Below, piece after piece: positions 27,958 to 37,445 of a stretch of DNA of 64,000 nt; within the stretch, counting starts at the first letter, position 1; each line of letters starts with the position of its first letter. Location of the stretch: positions 1-64,000 of the IMG/VR virus record IMGVR_UViG_2595698621_000001; one strand, written 5' to 3'. The translations under genes and the position numbers were made by a program. The notes under the pieces were generated by a model that did not search any database, was not told where the DNA came from, and saw nothing but the letters and a program-made list of their open reading frames with translations. The stretch is from a virus. Its lineage: Duplodnaviria > Caudoviricetes.

Positions 27958-28383
27958 TTACACCTCGCGTTTTATCTCGTGGACACGACGTGCGAGGTCT
28001 GAACGGAAATCGTCGTGTACTTCCTCTGGTGCCTCGCGCAGGAAGTTCGTGTAGGCGTTGTACCGCCCAGTGTTCGTTTTGTAGACGAGGATTTCTGCTC
28101 TCTGTAACTGCTCGGGCAGGATAGAGAACATATACGACCAGGTCCCGGTGACCTGATACGGAATCACGTAGATGTCTCGCTCGAGTTTCCGGTCGACTGC
28201 CTTGTCGAGCGCGTCTTCGTCTACGTTGTGCGAGGAGAAGTTCCAGATGATAGTGTCCTCGACAACGTGCGGGTTCGCTACTCGCCGTCTGATGAACGAC
28301 TGCACCTCATCGAGCGACGTGTCTTGGTCAACGAGCAGTGCGTCCTCCGCGTAGGGAGTACCGTATTTCTTTTCGTTTGCCAT
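27958..28383 (-). CDS. hypothetical protein
   Basis: GGAGG..AAAAGATG start. Confidence 0.7.
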   Translation of the reverse strand: MANEKKYGTPYAEDALLVDQDTSLDEVQSFIRRRVANPHVVEDTIIWNFSSHNVDEDALDKAVDRKLERDIYVIPYQVTGTWSYMFSILPEQLQRAEILVYKTNTGRYNAYTNFLREAPEEVHDDFRSDLARRVHEIKREV

Positions 28384-28431
28384 CTTTTCGTGCCTCCGTG
28401 GTTTGTGTCATAGCGCCCGGCGGCGCTCCGA

Positions 28432-28506
28432 TTGTCCCCGCGAGATTTGAACTCGCGTCCTGAGCTCCAAAGGCCCAGAGGATTGGCCAAACTACCCCAG
28501 GGGACT
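28432..28506 (-). tRNA. tRNA-Gln(UUG)
   Basis: Cloverleaf AGTCCCC..TGGGC-CTTTGGA-GCTCA..GCGAG-TTCAAAT-CTCGC-GGGGACA-A; resembles haloarchaeal tRNA-Gln; no CCA encoded. Confidence 0.9.
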
Positions 28507-28637
28507 GCGTGCGGGTTTCGCCCGCAACTCGTGTCTCTCACATTATCCTGGACCACATTTAGTTCCTTCGGTTGTCCGAAGGTTCAGGGGTTCTCCCTAC
28601 GTTCTCTGAAACGCGGGAGCTAAGAATCTGCCTGTTC

Positions 28638-30815
28638 TTAGAACATCACCTCGTTGACGAGGTTCCGAAGCGACGCGAGAATGTCGCCGTTCTTCGGGAC
28701 CTGCGTGCGACGGTCGTACCCGGGATTGCCGTAGGAGTTGCCTCCAATCTCGATTCCCAGAACGGGGAAATTCGCCTCGTTGACCTGCGCAGCGAACGCG
28801 CTACTGTCGTCGGGGCGACCGTCGGTGATGACCAACATAAATCTCGTCGTCGTCGCGTGACGATTGAGACGGTGACGAGCGAGGTAGGTCGCCTGAGATA
28901 TCGGCGTCGAACCACCAGTCGACTCGGTGAAGATGACGTTCTTCTGGTCCTCGACACGACCCCCGAACGGGAGCTCGAGGACTGCTTCGTTCGAGTCGAG
29001 GGAAATCATACTCACGTCAACGCCGACACCGTGCAGGGACATCAGGAGCGCACCTGCCGCACGCTCTGCCTGACGAACCAACTGACCGCTCATCGACGAG
29101 GAACGGTCGAGGACGACGATGGCCTCGTAGTCCTTCTTATCGGGAGTGTGCCGACGCTTGAACACCTTGGTCGAGCGACCCGAGCGGTGCATACTGCGCG
29201 AGTCAGGAGTCCCGAAGCGGGTGCCGTGCTCCGTGCGCGTCCTCTGCTGACGCTGCAACTTCTGCTCCCACAGGCGCTTGAGAGCGCGACTGTCGTTCTT
29301 CGCCTGACGGAAGCGGTCAGTGTTGAAGTCGCTGCCGTCGGGAATCACGAGTTTCATATCCTTGTCGGGCATATCGCCTGACTCGTTGCCGCCCTTCAGG
29401 ATGTCCAGGAACTCCTCCGCTTCGTCGAGCATCGAGTCGCCGCCGACCTCCTCGGCCTCGCGGTCAATCTCACGCGAGTAGCGACGCTCGACACGTTCTT
29501 CTGCCTCTCTCAGGTCGCCACCGCCCGACCCTTCAGCGTCCTCGTCACCGTCATCTCCGCCTTCACCGTCGTCGCCGTCTTTGTCGGCGTCACCGTCGCC
29601 GTCGTCTCCGTCGTCAGATTGGTCGCTCTCGCCTTCGTCGTCGTCACCGTCGTCTCCATCCGACCCGTCGCCTTCGTCGTCAGCATCGTCGTCCTGCTCG
29701 TCGTCTCCGCCTGCTCCGTCGTCACCCTCCTCGTCTTCCTCATCACCATCGTCGTTGTCGTCGCCGATGCCCCAACCGTCTGCTTCGTCGTCGTCTTCGT
29801 CGCCACCTTCGTCGGCGTCCTCGTCGAAGTCGACCTCGATGACCACGGTGCCGCCTTCGCCGCTCTCCAGGTCGTCAGCGTCACGAGACGAGTCACCGAT
29901 ACCAGGCTGCGCGTCGTCAGGCATACCGTTCTGACCTCCACCGCTGTCAGAGAGCGGACGCTTGCCCGAGACCTGCGCGTCGTCCATCAGGTCCTGGAAA
30001 TCTTCCCAGAACTCCCACGTTCGTTTGTTCCGCTTTCGCGCCTTCGACTGCGTGAGCATATCCTCGACGTAGGTCTCGATAGTCGGGAGGAAGTCAACGA
30101 AAGTCTCGCGGTCCTCGGGTGAACCGAAGACGTACTCGTCGTTGTCCTCGTCGAGCAGGAACTCGAGCGCACCGCTCGGCTCGTCGTAGAGTTCCTCGTT
30201 CCACAGGTCGAGGATGGCGGTGATGACCGCGTGCGCCATCGGGAATTTATAGAACGTCTCGTCGCCTCCAGTATCCTGAAGCGACTCCTGCTCGATGCCG
30301 AACGCAGCACGCCCCTGCTCCTCGTGAAGGTTCGCGTACAGGACGCGGAAGTCGTCCTTCACGTTGAACTCCGACGTAATCTGGCGCTCAATCGCACCGT
30401 CCTCTGCGGCGTTCCAGATGTTCTTGAACAAGTGACGGTCGTTCATCTCGACCCGATTGAGGTACCGCTCGAACGAGGGCCAATCGGAGAACAGAATGTG
30501 ACCGCACTCGTGCATAGTGAGGACCTCCTGAACGAGCAAGTCGTACTCGTCGCGGGGGATGTCCGTCACCGATTGCTCGTGCTTGTCGCCCGTGACGTTA
30601 ATCTCGGGCGTGTCCTTGTTCAACTCAACGTGCGCACCCTGACCGCGAACGTACAGAACGAGGTCACGCAGGGAAACGAGACCTGCGACCTTCTGAAGGT
30701 ACGACTCGCGGCGCGAAGAGTTACGCAGTTTCTCACCGGGACCGACGCCAATCCTCTTAGCGAGGTCGTTCGGGTCGGTGTCCGGCGAGATTCGCGTGCC
30801 GGTCGTGTTGTGCAT
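28638..30815 (-). CDS. CobT-like VWA protein with HExxH motif and acidic linker
   Basis: MIDAS DRSSSMS, GGST, ITDG; N-terminal HECGH; preceded by cassette (ACTTTCAC 30878-30885). Confidence 0.85.
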   Translation of the reverse strand: MHNTTGTRISPDTDPNDLAKRIGVGPGEKLRNSSRRESYLQKVAGLVSLRDLVLYVRGQGAHVELNKDTPEINVTGDKHEQSVTDIPRDEYDLLVQEVLTMHECGHILFSDWPSFERYLNRVEMNDRHLFKNIWNAAEDGAIERQITSEFNVKDDFRVLYANLHEEQGRAAFGIEQESLQDTGGDETFYKFPMAHAVITAILDLWNEELYDEPSGALEFLLDEDNDEYVFGSPEDRETFVDFLPTIETYVEDMLTQSKARKRNKRTWEFWEDFQDLMDDAQVSGKRPLSDSGGGQNGMPDDAQPGIGDSSRDADDLESGEGGTVVIEVDFDEDADEGGDEDDDEADGWGIGDDNDDGDEEDEEGDDGAGGDDEQDDDADDEGDGSDGDDGDDDEGESDQSDDGDDGDGDADKDGDDGEGGDDGDEDAEGSGGGDLREAEERVERRYSREIDREAEEVGGDSMLDEAEEFLDILKGGNESGDMPDKDMKLVIPDGSDFNTDRFRQAKNDSRALKRLWEQKLQRQQRTRTEHGTRFGTPDSRSMHRSGRSTKVFKRRHTPDKKDYEAIVVLDRSSSMSGQLVRQAERAAGALLMSLHGVGVDVSMISLDSNEAVLELPFGGRVEDQKNVIFTESTGGSTPISQATYLARHRLNRHATTTRFMLVITDGRPDDSSAFAAQVNEANFPVLGIEIGGNSYGNPGYDRRTQVPKNGDILASLRNLVNEVMF

Positions 30816-30919
30816 TTTTCTTTTCATCCTCTGCGTCCCAACGTTCGGGACCCGTTGTCTTATAATCTCGTAGCCGAGTGAAAGTGGAAACGCGAAAAAA
30901 AGAGAGAGGTCAGCTCAGG

Positions 30920-32257
30920 TCAGAAGACCTTGCCGATAATCCCCTCGATGGCGTTGACGTCTTCAGGGTTAGCGGCGCTCTTGAAGACGCTCTTCGTCGC
31001 ACGCTCAGCGCCCATCAGTTCTGCCTTGCGTCCGACCTTGATGAGGTCACGAGTGCCGATAGGAGAGTAGATATCACCCGTGTCGCCGTCGTCGAACATA
31101 CCGAGTTTCTGCTTCGACCCTTGAGGCAGCGCCGAGCGAGGACCCGCGAGACGAGCACGAATCCGGTTCGCCGTCTTGACGACGCTGTCCGCCTCGGCGT
31201 CGGTGAGAGACGTCCGCGAAGCGACGAGGCGCTTCTCGGCGTCCCACTCCATATACGGAATCCACTCTTCGTAGAAGCGGTTCCGAGTCGCGTCGTTCAT
31301 ATTCTGCGTGCCTGCGTAACTCGACGGGTTGATGGTTGCGACGAATTGGAACTCGGGGTGGATGTACTGACCGACGTGCTCCTCGTTGTCCCACTTGTCA
31401 ACTCGTGCGTAGTGCGCAGCCTTCGCCTTGTCCTGCGGCATCGTCAGGTCGTGACGGTCGGCGGCAGCATCAATCTCGTCGTTCGAGACCTCGAGGTCGC
31501 GCAGGACCTCACCACGCTCCTCGATGGAGAGATAGCGCGCTCCTTCGCTCTCGAGGAGGCCGTGAAGTGGCATCGTCGCCTCGCCGCCTGCACCGTTGAA
31601 CTCGTCAGCGACGAACGTTCCTCCGTACCGAGCGCACCACGTCAGGAGGCCGTCCTGCCACGCCCACCCGTCGCCGTCTTGCTCGGGAACCCACATACCG
31701 ACGATTTTCTCTTTGTTCGTCTCGAGGCCGAAGTTGACACGAACCTGCGCACGGTTCGTCTCCGACGAGACCTTCGTCACTGCGGCGTTCTTGCCCGAAC
31801 CGGTGTGCCCCTTCAGCATCAGGTAGAAGTCGGGGTCAGCCATATCAAAGGCGATAACCTCGGTGTCCTTGACGCCTCCCTCGAGCTCTCGCTCATAGTA
31901 CCCGTGCATAGGGTCGGGGGACAGCGGGTGGTCAACGTCTTCGAGAACATCGAGGTGTCCTTTGAATTTCTCACCCGTCGGGAGACCGACTGGCTTGTCG
32001 ATTGAGACGACCTTCGACAGGTTGTCCACGTCGTCGCCGCGACCGCTCGTCTCACCAGGCGTGCCCTTCATACCGGTGATAACCTTGTCACCGGACGCGG
32101 TCGTGTCCGTCGTGCAGTAATCCCAGACGTAGGATTCTGCGGTGACTTGCTGAACGCCCTGCTGGTCCTTGAGCTGTTCCACGGTGTCCTCAAACTCGAG
32201 GTGGTCCTCGGAGTCGGACACCATCTCGGCCAACTGCTTTCGTGCTGCCTTTGACAT
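30920..32257 (-). CDS. MoxR/CobS-like AAA+ ATPase
   Basis: GHTGSGKN, W.DG.L, ADEFN, ATINP..YAG, A.RNRF; preceded by cassette (32316-32323). Confidence 0.9.
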   Translation of the reverse strand: MSKAARKQLAEMVSDSEDHLEFEDTVEQLKDQQGVQQVTAESYVWDYCTTDTTASGDKVITGMKGTPGETSGRGDDVDNLSKVVSIDKPVGLPTGEKFKGHLDVLEDVDHPLSPDPMHGYYERELEGGVKDTEVIAFDMADPDFYLMLKGHTGSGKNAAVTKVSSETNRAQVRVNFGLETNKEKIVGMWVPEQDGDGWAWQDGLLTWCARYGGTFVADEFNGAGGEATMPLHGLLESEGARYLSIEERGEVLRDLEVSNDEIDAAADRHDLTMPQDKAKAAHYARVDKWDNEEHVGQYIHPEFQFVATINPSSYAGTQNMNDATRNRFYEEWIPYMEWDAEKRLVASRTSLTDAEADSVVKTANRIRARLAGPRSALPQGSKQKLGMFDDGDTGDIYSPIGTRDLIKVGRKAELMGAERATKSVFKSAANPEDVNAIEGIIGKVF

Positions 32258-32332
32258 CTTTTCTTCCTCTGCGTTCCTGTATTCACGACCCGGTACAATA
32301 AATCCTCGTAGCGGAGTGAAAGTGGTACTTGG

Positions 32333-32782
32333 CTACTCCGAATCCAGGAGCTCGTCACGCATACGACCCATATCTAGGCAGTATTTCTCTCCGTCGAACG
32401 TGACGGGCAGTTTCTTCCCGTGATTGCCGAGTGAGTGGAGGTCCTCGGGTTCGAGGTCGAGATACTCGAGCACTACAACGAGGTCGCTCGTCATATCCCA
32501 GGCAGACGGCGTCGGAATCTCCGTCATTATCCGCCTGCCATCCTTCGTCTCGACACCGATAGACACGGCGAGGTCTTCGGGTTCTACGTCGGACGTGTCG
32601 ATTGTTTCGCCTTCGTCGCGTCCGTGACGGTCGAACGAAACACCGACGATTTCTGCCTCTCTGTCGTATCCTTCGCCCTTCAGAGAGCGGAGATGTGCTT
32701 CGTATTCTTGCACGAATTCTGTGGGGTTCATATCGGTCAGGAGGAAGTACTCACTCTGGTTAAACGGGTATGTTCGGGTCAT
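32333..32782 (-). CDS. hypothetical protein
   Basis: Acidic ORF. Confidence 0.65.
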   Translation of the reverse strand: MTRTYPFNQSEYFLLTDMNPTEFVQEYEAHLRSLKGEGYDREAEIVGVSFDRHGRDEGETIDTSDVEPEDLAVSIGVETKDGRRIMTEIPTPSAWDMTSDLVVVLEYLDLEPEDLHSLGNHGKKLPVTFDGEKYCLDMGRMRDELLDSE

Positions 32783-33179
32783 TCTCGAGCATCACTACCT
32801 GCTCTGCTAACCACTCAACTTCTCGCTCTGCCTCCTCCCGCGACACAGAACGCTCGTGCCCGACACGAACCTCGACCCACCCAGACGCGGTATCCCAGAT
32901 GTCGGAGTCGAAGAGTTCCTGAGCTCGTTGAATCAACTCCTCGTCCCAATCAACCTCGACACCGACCACCCAGAATCTCTGCTGCGACTTCGTTATCGTC
33001 TCCTCCGTCGCGTCTACATCTGTCTTACGCACGCGGCACGAAACGCCCGAGTGACGAAACTCCTCGCCCTTCACAGAATCGAGAACGTCGTCGAGGTCGT
33101 CGTCCGTGAACCCCATCTCGATATTGTCGAGGTCGAGGTCCTCGAACTCATCAGCCGGGTCGGGGATATCGTCGCTCAT
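32760..33179 (-). CDS. hypothetical protein
   Basis: Acidic ORF. Confidence 0.65.
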   Translation of the reverse strand: MSDDIPDPADEFEDLDLDNIEMGFTDDDLDDVLDSVKGEEFRHSGVSCRVRKTDVDATEETITKSQQRFWVVGVEVDWDEELIQRAQELFDSDIWDTASGWVEVRVGHERSVSREEAEREVEWLAEQVVMLENDPNIPV

Positions 33180-33180
33180 C

Positions 33181-33627
33181 TCACAGGTGCATTACGAGCT
33201 GCTCGCAGACCCACTCAGTTTCGTCCTTGACCTCTTCGACATCTGGCTCGTCACCTTCGACCAGTTGCAGGTGGAGCGTGTCGAACCCAACGTACTTCCC
33301 TCTCTTCACGAGGCCGTTCGGTTGGTCGACCTCGAGAATCTCGTTCAGACGGTCGACTGAGACATCCTCGATGCCGTCGGGTCCGTTGACGACACCGATG
33401 TACGACTCAGTCATCAGCTCCTCGTCAGCGTCCGGGTCGTCGGCGGGACGGCGGAACCATCGTTTCTCTTCGACCACGCACGTCATACCGTTCTTCTCCC
33501 ACCGAGCGACCGGGTCACAGATGACCCACTCATCGTAGTCGTCGTCCACGCTCTCAAGGTCGAGGCGCTTCGGGTCGTTGCCATCCTGTTCTACGTCCTC
33601 TGGGGTTATCATATCGTCAGCGCTCAT
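33181..33627 (-). CDS. hypothetical protein
   Basis: Acidic ORF; VGFDTLH motif. Confidence 0.65.
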   Translation of the reverse strand: MSADDMITPEDVEQDGNDPKRLDLESVDDDYDEWVICDPVARWEKNGMTCVVEEKRWFRRPADDPDADEELMTESYIGVVNGPDGIEDVSVDRLNEILEVDQPNGLVKRGKYVGFDTLHLQLVEGDEPDVEEVKDETEWVCEQLVMHL

Positions 33628-33697
33628 TCTGTTTTGCCTCATCTCGTCGTTCGGCGTTAGGGGATAAATCCGTATCGTTCTAAAAAGAGGTGTGTCT

Positions 33698-34357
33698 CTA
33701 GCTACGAACCCACTTCGGGTGGTTCTGCGCCGGTGCGTCCTGCAACACGTCCCAGTCGTTCGTTCGGCAGTTACCGCACGGTCCGATTCTGCCCGTCGCC
33801 TGCGCGTCCTTGACCTTCTTCGACTTCTTCTGACGCCACAGGACGAGCCCGCAGTCATTACAGACGATGAACCACCGCGGGTCAGGTTCGTCGTAGCGAC
33901 CGATATTGGTCACGTCGAGACGCTTCGCCTCGCTGATGAACGTGGGTCCGTGTCCCATATAGCCGTTCTCGACGAAGTTCGAGGCGTGGACGAGCTCGTG
34001 CTTGACCGTGTTACGCAGGCGTTCCCAGTCGTAGTTCCGTTTCTTGTACGCTTCCCACGACAGGACAATCTCCACGTCGTAAGGCGCCTTCTCGTCGCAG
34101 CGACCGAGCAGACGAGACATACGCCCGCTGTCGCGGAAATCAATCATATCCCGCGTGAGAACGTCGAAGCGATACTCCTCGAGGACCCACTCCATATACG
34201 ATTCCGCGTACTGCATAAAGCGGTCGCGGGTCTGCGGGTCCTTTTCCCACTCCTGACCTCCAATCTGTTCTTCCTTCGACTCGTTCGCGTCAACGCCGTC
34301 CATAACGACGGGTTTCTTAGCGAAGGGGTCAGCTCCTGAGCAGCATCGGTGACACAT
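33698..34357 (-). CDS. SprT-like zinc metalloprotease with Zn ribbon
   Basis: RM...LG, TVKHELVH, GHGPTF, CNDCG..CGNC; preceded by cassette (34418-34425). Confidence 0.85.
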   Translation of the reverse strand: MCHRCCSGADPFAKKPVVMDGVDANESKEEQIGGQEWEKDPQTRDRFMQYAESYMEWVLEEYRFDVLTRDMIDFRDSGRMSRLLGRCDEKAPYDVEIVLSWEAYKKRNYDWERLRNTVKHELVHASNFVENGYMGHGPTFISEAKRLDVTNIGRYDEPDPRWFIVCNDCGLVLWRQKKSKKVKDAQATGRIGPCGNCRTNDWDVLQDAPAQNHPKWVRS

Positions 34358-34616
34358 TCTATTTTGACCTCTGCGGGCGATAGTACGAACCGCGGGGTCA
34401 TCAAACCTAGTAGCGGAGTGAAAGTAAATAATTCATAACGCCGTAAGCACAGAATAACACCTGTAGACCGGTATTAATCGGAGCCTTACGCCTGCTAGGA
34501 GGATAATTACAATACAAACCCCTACCATATCTGTATGTGCGACGTGACGTAGCAGGCACACCGAGGAAAACACAAGTGCCCGTTTGACAGCAAGTAGGCC
34601 GAACAGAGGAAAAAAT

Positions 34617-35315
34617 ATGTCCCAAGAAAGTCAAACGCGGCTGGACGACGAGAAGGAAGAATTGATGAACGAAGAGCGGCTCACCGAAAAGCAGGCAGCG
34701 ATACTCGCTGTCTTCGAGCGAAACCCGCAGATGTCCTACTCAGACATCGCCGACGCGGCCGGTCAGCTCCTACCCGAAGACGAGAGCGTGACGGGTTCAT
34801 ACGCGGGCGAACAAATAAAGCAGCGCCGAGCGTCGTGGTTCAACGAGATGGGGAATCGTCGTAGACCCGAGAGCGAGGTTTCTGAGACGGTCGAGGACGA
34901 CGACGATGACTCGGACGTTGACGACGACGAACCCGATGAGAACGGAGACGAACCGTTCTCTGACCCTGGTGAGGTGATTACCGAGGTCGGGCGTCCCGAC
35001 GAAAACGAGACGGTCGAGGTCGATGTTTCGGTCGATTCCTCTCGTGTCGCTACGCTCGCTGACTGGTACGACGTGACCGCAGAAGAGGCCGCGGCGATGG
35101 CGCACGCAGAAAAGGTCTCAGGTGTCGAGTACACGGGGCGAGAGCAGGTCGAAGAGGAACCTCTCGAAGGTTTCACCGTGACTCTCGAGGAAAACACCTG
35201 GTTACGCCTGGTCGCGTTTCTTCACCTGCACGCAGACACGAGCGAAGGCGCCGCTCACGAGGAGCAGCTTATGGAAATCGCTGGTGAGATAACGAAGCAG
35301 GCGCTCGAAGGGTAA
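34617..35315 (+). CDS. HTH transcription regulator-like protein
   Basis: LTEKQAAIL...NPQMSYSDIADAAG, a haloarchaeal HTH pattern. Confidence 0.7.
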   Translation: MSQESQTRLDDEKEELMNEERLTEKQAAILAVFERNPQMSYSDIADAAGQLLPEDESVTGSYAGEQIKQRRASWFNEMGNRRRPESEVSETVEDDDDDSDVDDDEPDENGDEPFSDPGEVITEVGRPDENETVEVDVSVDSSRVATLADWYDVTAEEAAAMAHAEKVSGVEYTGREQVEEEPLEGFTVTLEENTWLRLVAFLHLHADTSEGAAHEEQLMEIAGEITKQALEG

Positions 35316-35641
35316 ACCTCAGCGCACCGCGACTATTTCTTTTCTATCGAGACGTTCGAGAACCATCCCGTGCGCCTCGTTGACTCGTTCTTCGTCCTGT
35401 AACATCGTTTCGAGACGTGTCCGAGCGACCGCGCACGCCGTTTTTCTCTGAGCGGCGTGCCCGTTTTCGTCTGCACGTTTGACCGCACGTCGAACACTCT
35501 CTACAGCGTCGTCAGCAGCATCATACACGTTCATCGTTGTTTGGTTATCAGATACCGTATTACCGCCTACGACATACGTTTCGCATACCGTGATTATATA
35601 ATTATCGTGAGAAAACTTGTGCGTTCGTTAAGAGAATATAG

Positions 35642-36805
35642 TCAGAAATCGAGCACGTCGCTCCCCTGGTCGCGGAACCAGTCATTCTCCCACCGCGTGC
35701 GTATCTGATACGCCCAGTGCATAACCGAACGCTCGTATGCCTCGAAGTTACGATTCTCGGTGATGTCTGGGTCAACGAGATGGGACCCAGCAACTGACCG
35801 TCGTTTCGGAGTGAACCAGTTCTTCGCCTTACTGACCTGCTCCTCAGTAAATTTCCCAGGATTCCGCGACTCGTTTTCATACGCCCAGTCGTGACCTGAC
35901 CAGTAGCGATTTGCTACGTTCGCCATCTTGTTGATGGCATTTCCGTCGATAGAGACGATATCTTCACCGAATTGGCGTATCATATCCATCTGTTTCGCAG
36001 GCGCGCCTCCTAACAGGTGGATGTCTCGTCCGTAGTAGTCGATGAGCTCGCCTTCCGCTGCGCCGTAGGTCGTCGGGACACTGTACCCTACGACCATATC
36101 GTCTGGGACGTGCTCGACTTGGTTCGACCCGTGAGGGACGACCTGCACGTTCTCCGCATACTGACTGAGGATGTCTGCTCGCTCGTTGATGGTCGAGATG
36201 TTAGAGTCGGGATGTCCAGGGTCGTGCTTCGTGTAGTCACCACCAACAACGAACTCCGGTTCGTACTTCTTGCACGCCTGAACGAGGCGCTCGAACTCCG
36301 GGTTGTGCCAGTCCATATCTATGAAGTGAATCGGGATTCCATCCTCAGCGAGACGGTCGATATTGTCGAGCCGACCGCCTGTCTTGAACCCGTACTCGTA
36401 TGCGATTCTCATATGCTCGTGCCCTGCGGTCGTTATCACGTCGAACCACAGGTCCTCCATCCAGTCAGGAGCGTCAGCGAAGTCAGCGGGATTCTCTTCG
36501 TCATACTCCCACCCACCCCGCTCGTATCTGAGCATCGACTCGTTCGCTTGCTTCCCCGCAGCGAGAGTAGCGTCGAATAGGTACTGGTGCGCGGGTTGAC
36601 GCTCGGGGAGGTCGATGTCTGATTCCGTCTCAGCATCGTCAGATTCGTCGCTGTCGGGTTCGTCAACGAGCGGGTCCTCTGTGTCCTCCTCCTCGTCAAC
36701 TCCTGGCACGTCGTCGTCTGCTTCGTCTCGTGCGAAGTCAACCGTAGACGTGTCCTGGAATGGATTGCTGTTGTCGTCGTCAGGGTCGAACACCTGTTCT
36801 CCCAT
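35642..36805 (-). CDS. putative DNA 7-deazaguanine transglycosylase (DpdA/TGT-like)
   Basis: TIM-barrel-type motifs FIDMDW, GYSVPT.YG, IHLLGG, SIDGNA; directly downstream of folE in the que cluster. Confidence 0.65.
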   Translation of the reverse strand: MGEQVFDPDDDNSNPFQDTSTVDFARDEADDDVPGVDEEEDTEDPLVDEPDSDESDDAETESDIDLPERQPAHQYLFDATLAAGKQANESMLRYERGGWEYDEENPADFADAPDWMEDLWFDVITTAGHEHMRIAYEYGFKTGGRLDNIDRLAEDGIPIHFIDMDWHNPEFERLVQACKKYEPEFVVGGDYTKHDPGHPDSNISTINERADILSQYAENVQVVPHGSNQVEHVPDDMVVGYSVPTTYGAAEGELIDYYGRDIHLLGGAPAKQMDMIRQFGEDIVSIDGNAINKMANVANRYWSGHDWAYENESRNPGKFTEEQVSKAKNWFTPKRRSVAGSHLVDPDITENRNFEAYERSVMHWAYQIRTRWENDWFRDQGSDVLDF

Positions 36806-36806
36806 A

Positions 36807-37433
36807 CTATTCACCCGTGCGCAGCATCTGGTAAAACTCGTCCTTGATATGCGCCTCGTCTCTGGCTTTCCCGCGAAGTGCAGTGGTTCTCGTCGCAGAG
36901 TGCGCCTCCTCGATTCCCCGGCAGGACATACACTCGTGCTCTGCACGGATGAAGACGACAACTGCCTCAGGGTCGAGTTCTTCGTCGATGGCGTCTGCTA
37001 TCTGGTTCGTGAGTCGCTCCTGAACCTGCGGACGCCGAGCGTACCCGTTGACGACACGAGCGAGCTTCGACAGTCCGACGACTTCCTCATCGGGAATATA
37101 CCCGACGTGAGCGCGTCCTCTGAACGGGAGGAAGTGATGAGCACACATACTCTCGACCTGGATGTTGTCCACTATGACGAATTGGTCGCTTACGGATTCG
37201 TCGTCCTCGAAGGTCCTCTTGAGGTGTTCTCGCGGGTCTTCCTGCAACCCCTCAAATAGTTCGTATGCCCTACTCCTTGCGAGACGTTCAGGTGTGCCCT
37301 TCAGATGCTCGTTCTCGAGGTCGAGCCCGAGTGCTTCGAGGAAGTCACCCGCCGCCTCGACTGCTTCTTCGTAATTCACGTCTGATTCTTTCATCTCGTC
37401 CATACCAGTTGTAGTTTCATCGTCTGCCATCAT
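36807..37433 (-). CDS. folE: GTP cyclohydrolase I
   Basis: TPERLA, SMCAHHFLPF.G, GLSKLARVV, ARRPQVQERLT, HECMSCRG. Confidence 0.95.
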   Translation of the reverse strand: MMADDETTTGMDEMKESDVNYEEAVEAAGDFLEALGLDLENEHLKGTPERLARSRAYELFEGLQEDPREHLKRTFEDDESVSDQFVIVDNIQVESMCAHHFLPFRGRAHVGYIPDEEVVGLSKLARVVNGYARRPQVQERLTNQIADAIDEELDPEAVVVFIRAEHECMSCRGIEEAHSATRTTALRGKARDEAHIKDEFYQMLRTGE

Positions 37434-37445
37434 ATGCCTGTTCTC

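Noticed and set aside
28385-28431. Possible HDV-like (theta) ribozyme 3' of the tRNA
   Set aside because: Only a simple hairpin; I could not build the nested double pseudoknot.
28581-28612. Minus-strand GTTTCAGAGAAC...TGAACC resembles a haloarchaeal type I-B CRISPR repeat (possible solitary-repeat anti-CRISPR RNA)
   Set aside because: Single copy with a non-matching centre; the sequence is explained by a CTCCC-GCGTTT/GAACGT-A-GGGAG hairpin just after the VWA stop. No CRISPR array is seen in the window.
29510-29900. Low-complexity GAC/GGC repeats as a DNA repeat element
   Set aside because: Explained by the Asp/Gly-rich linker of the VWA protein.
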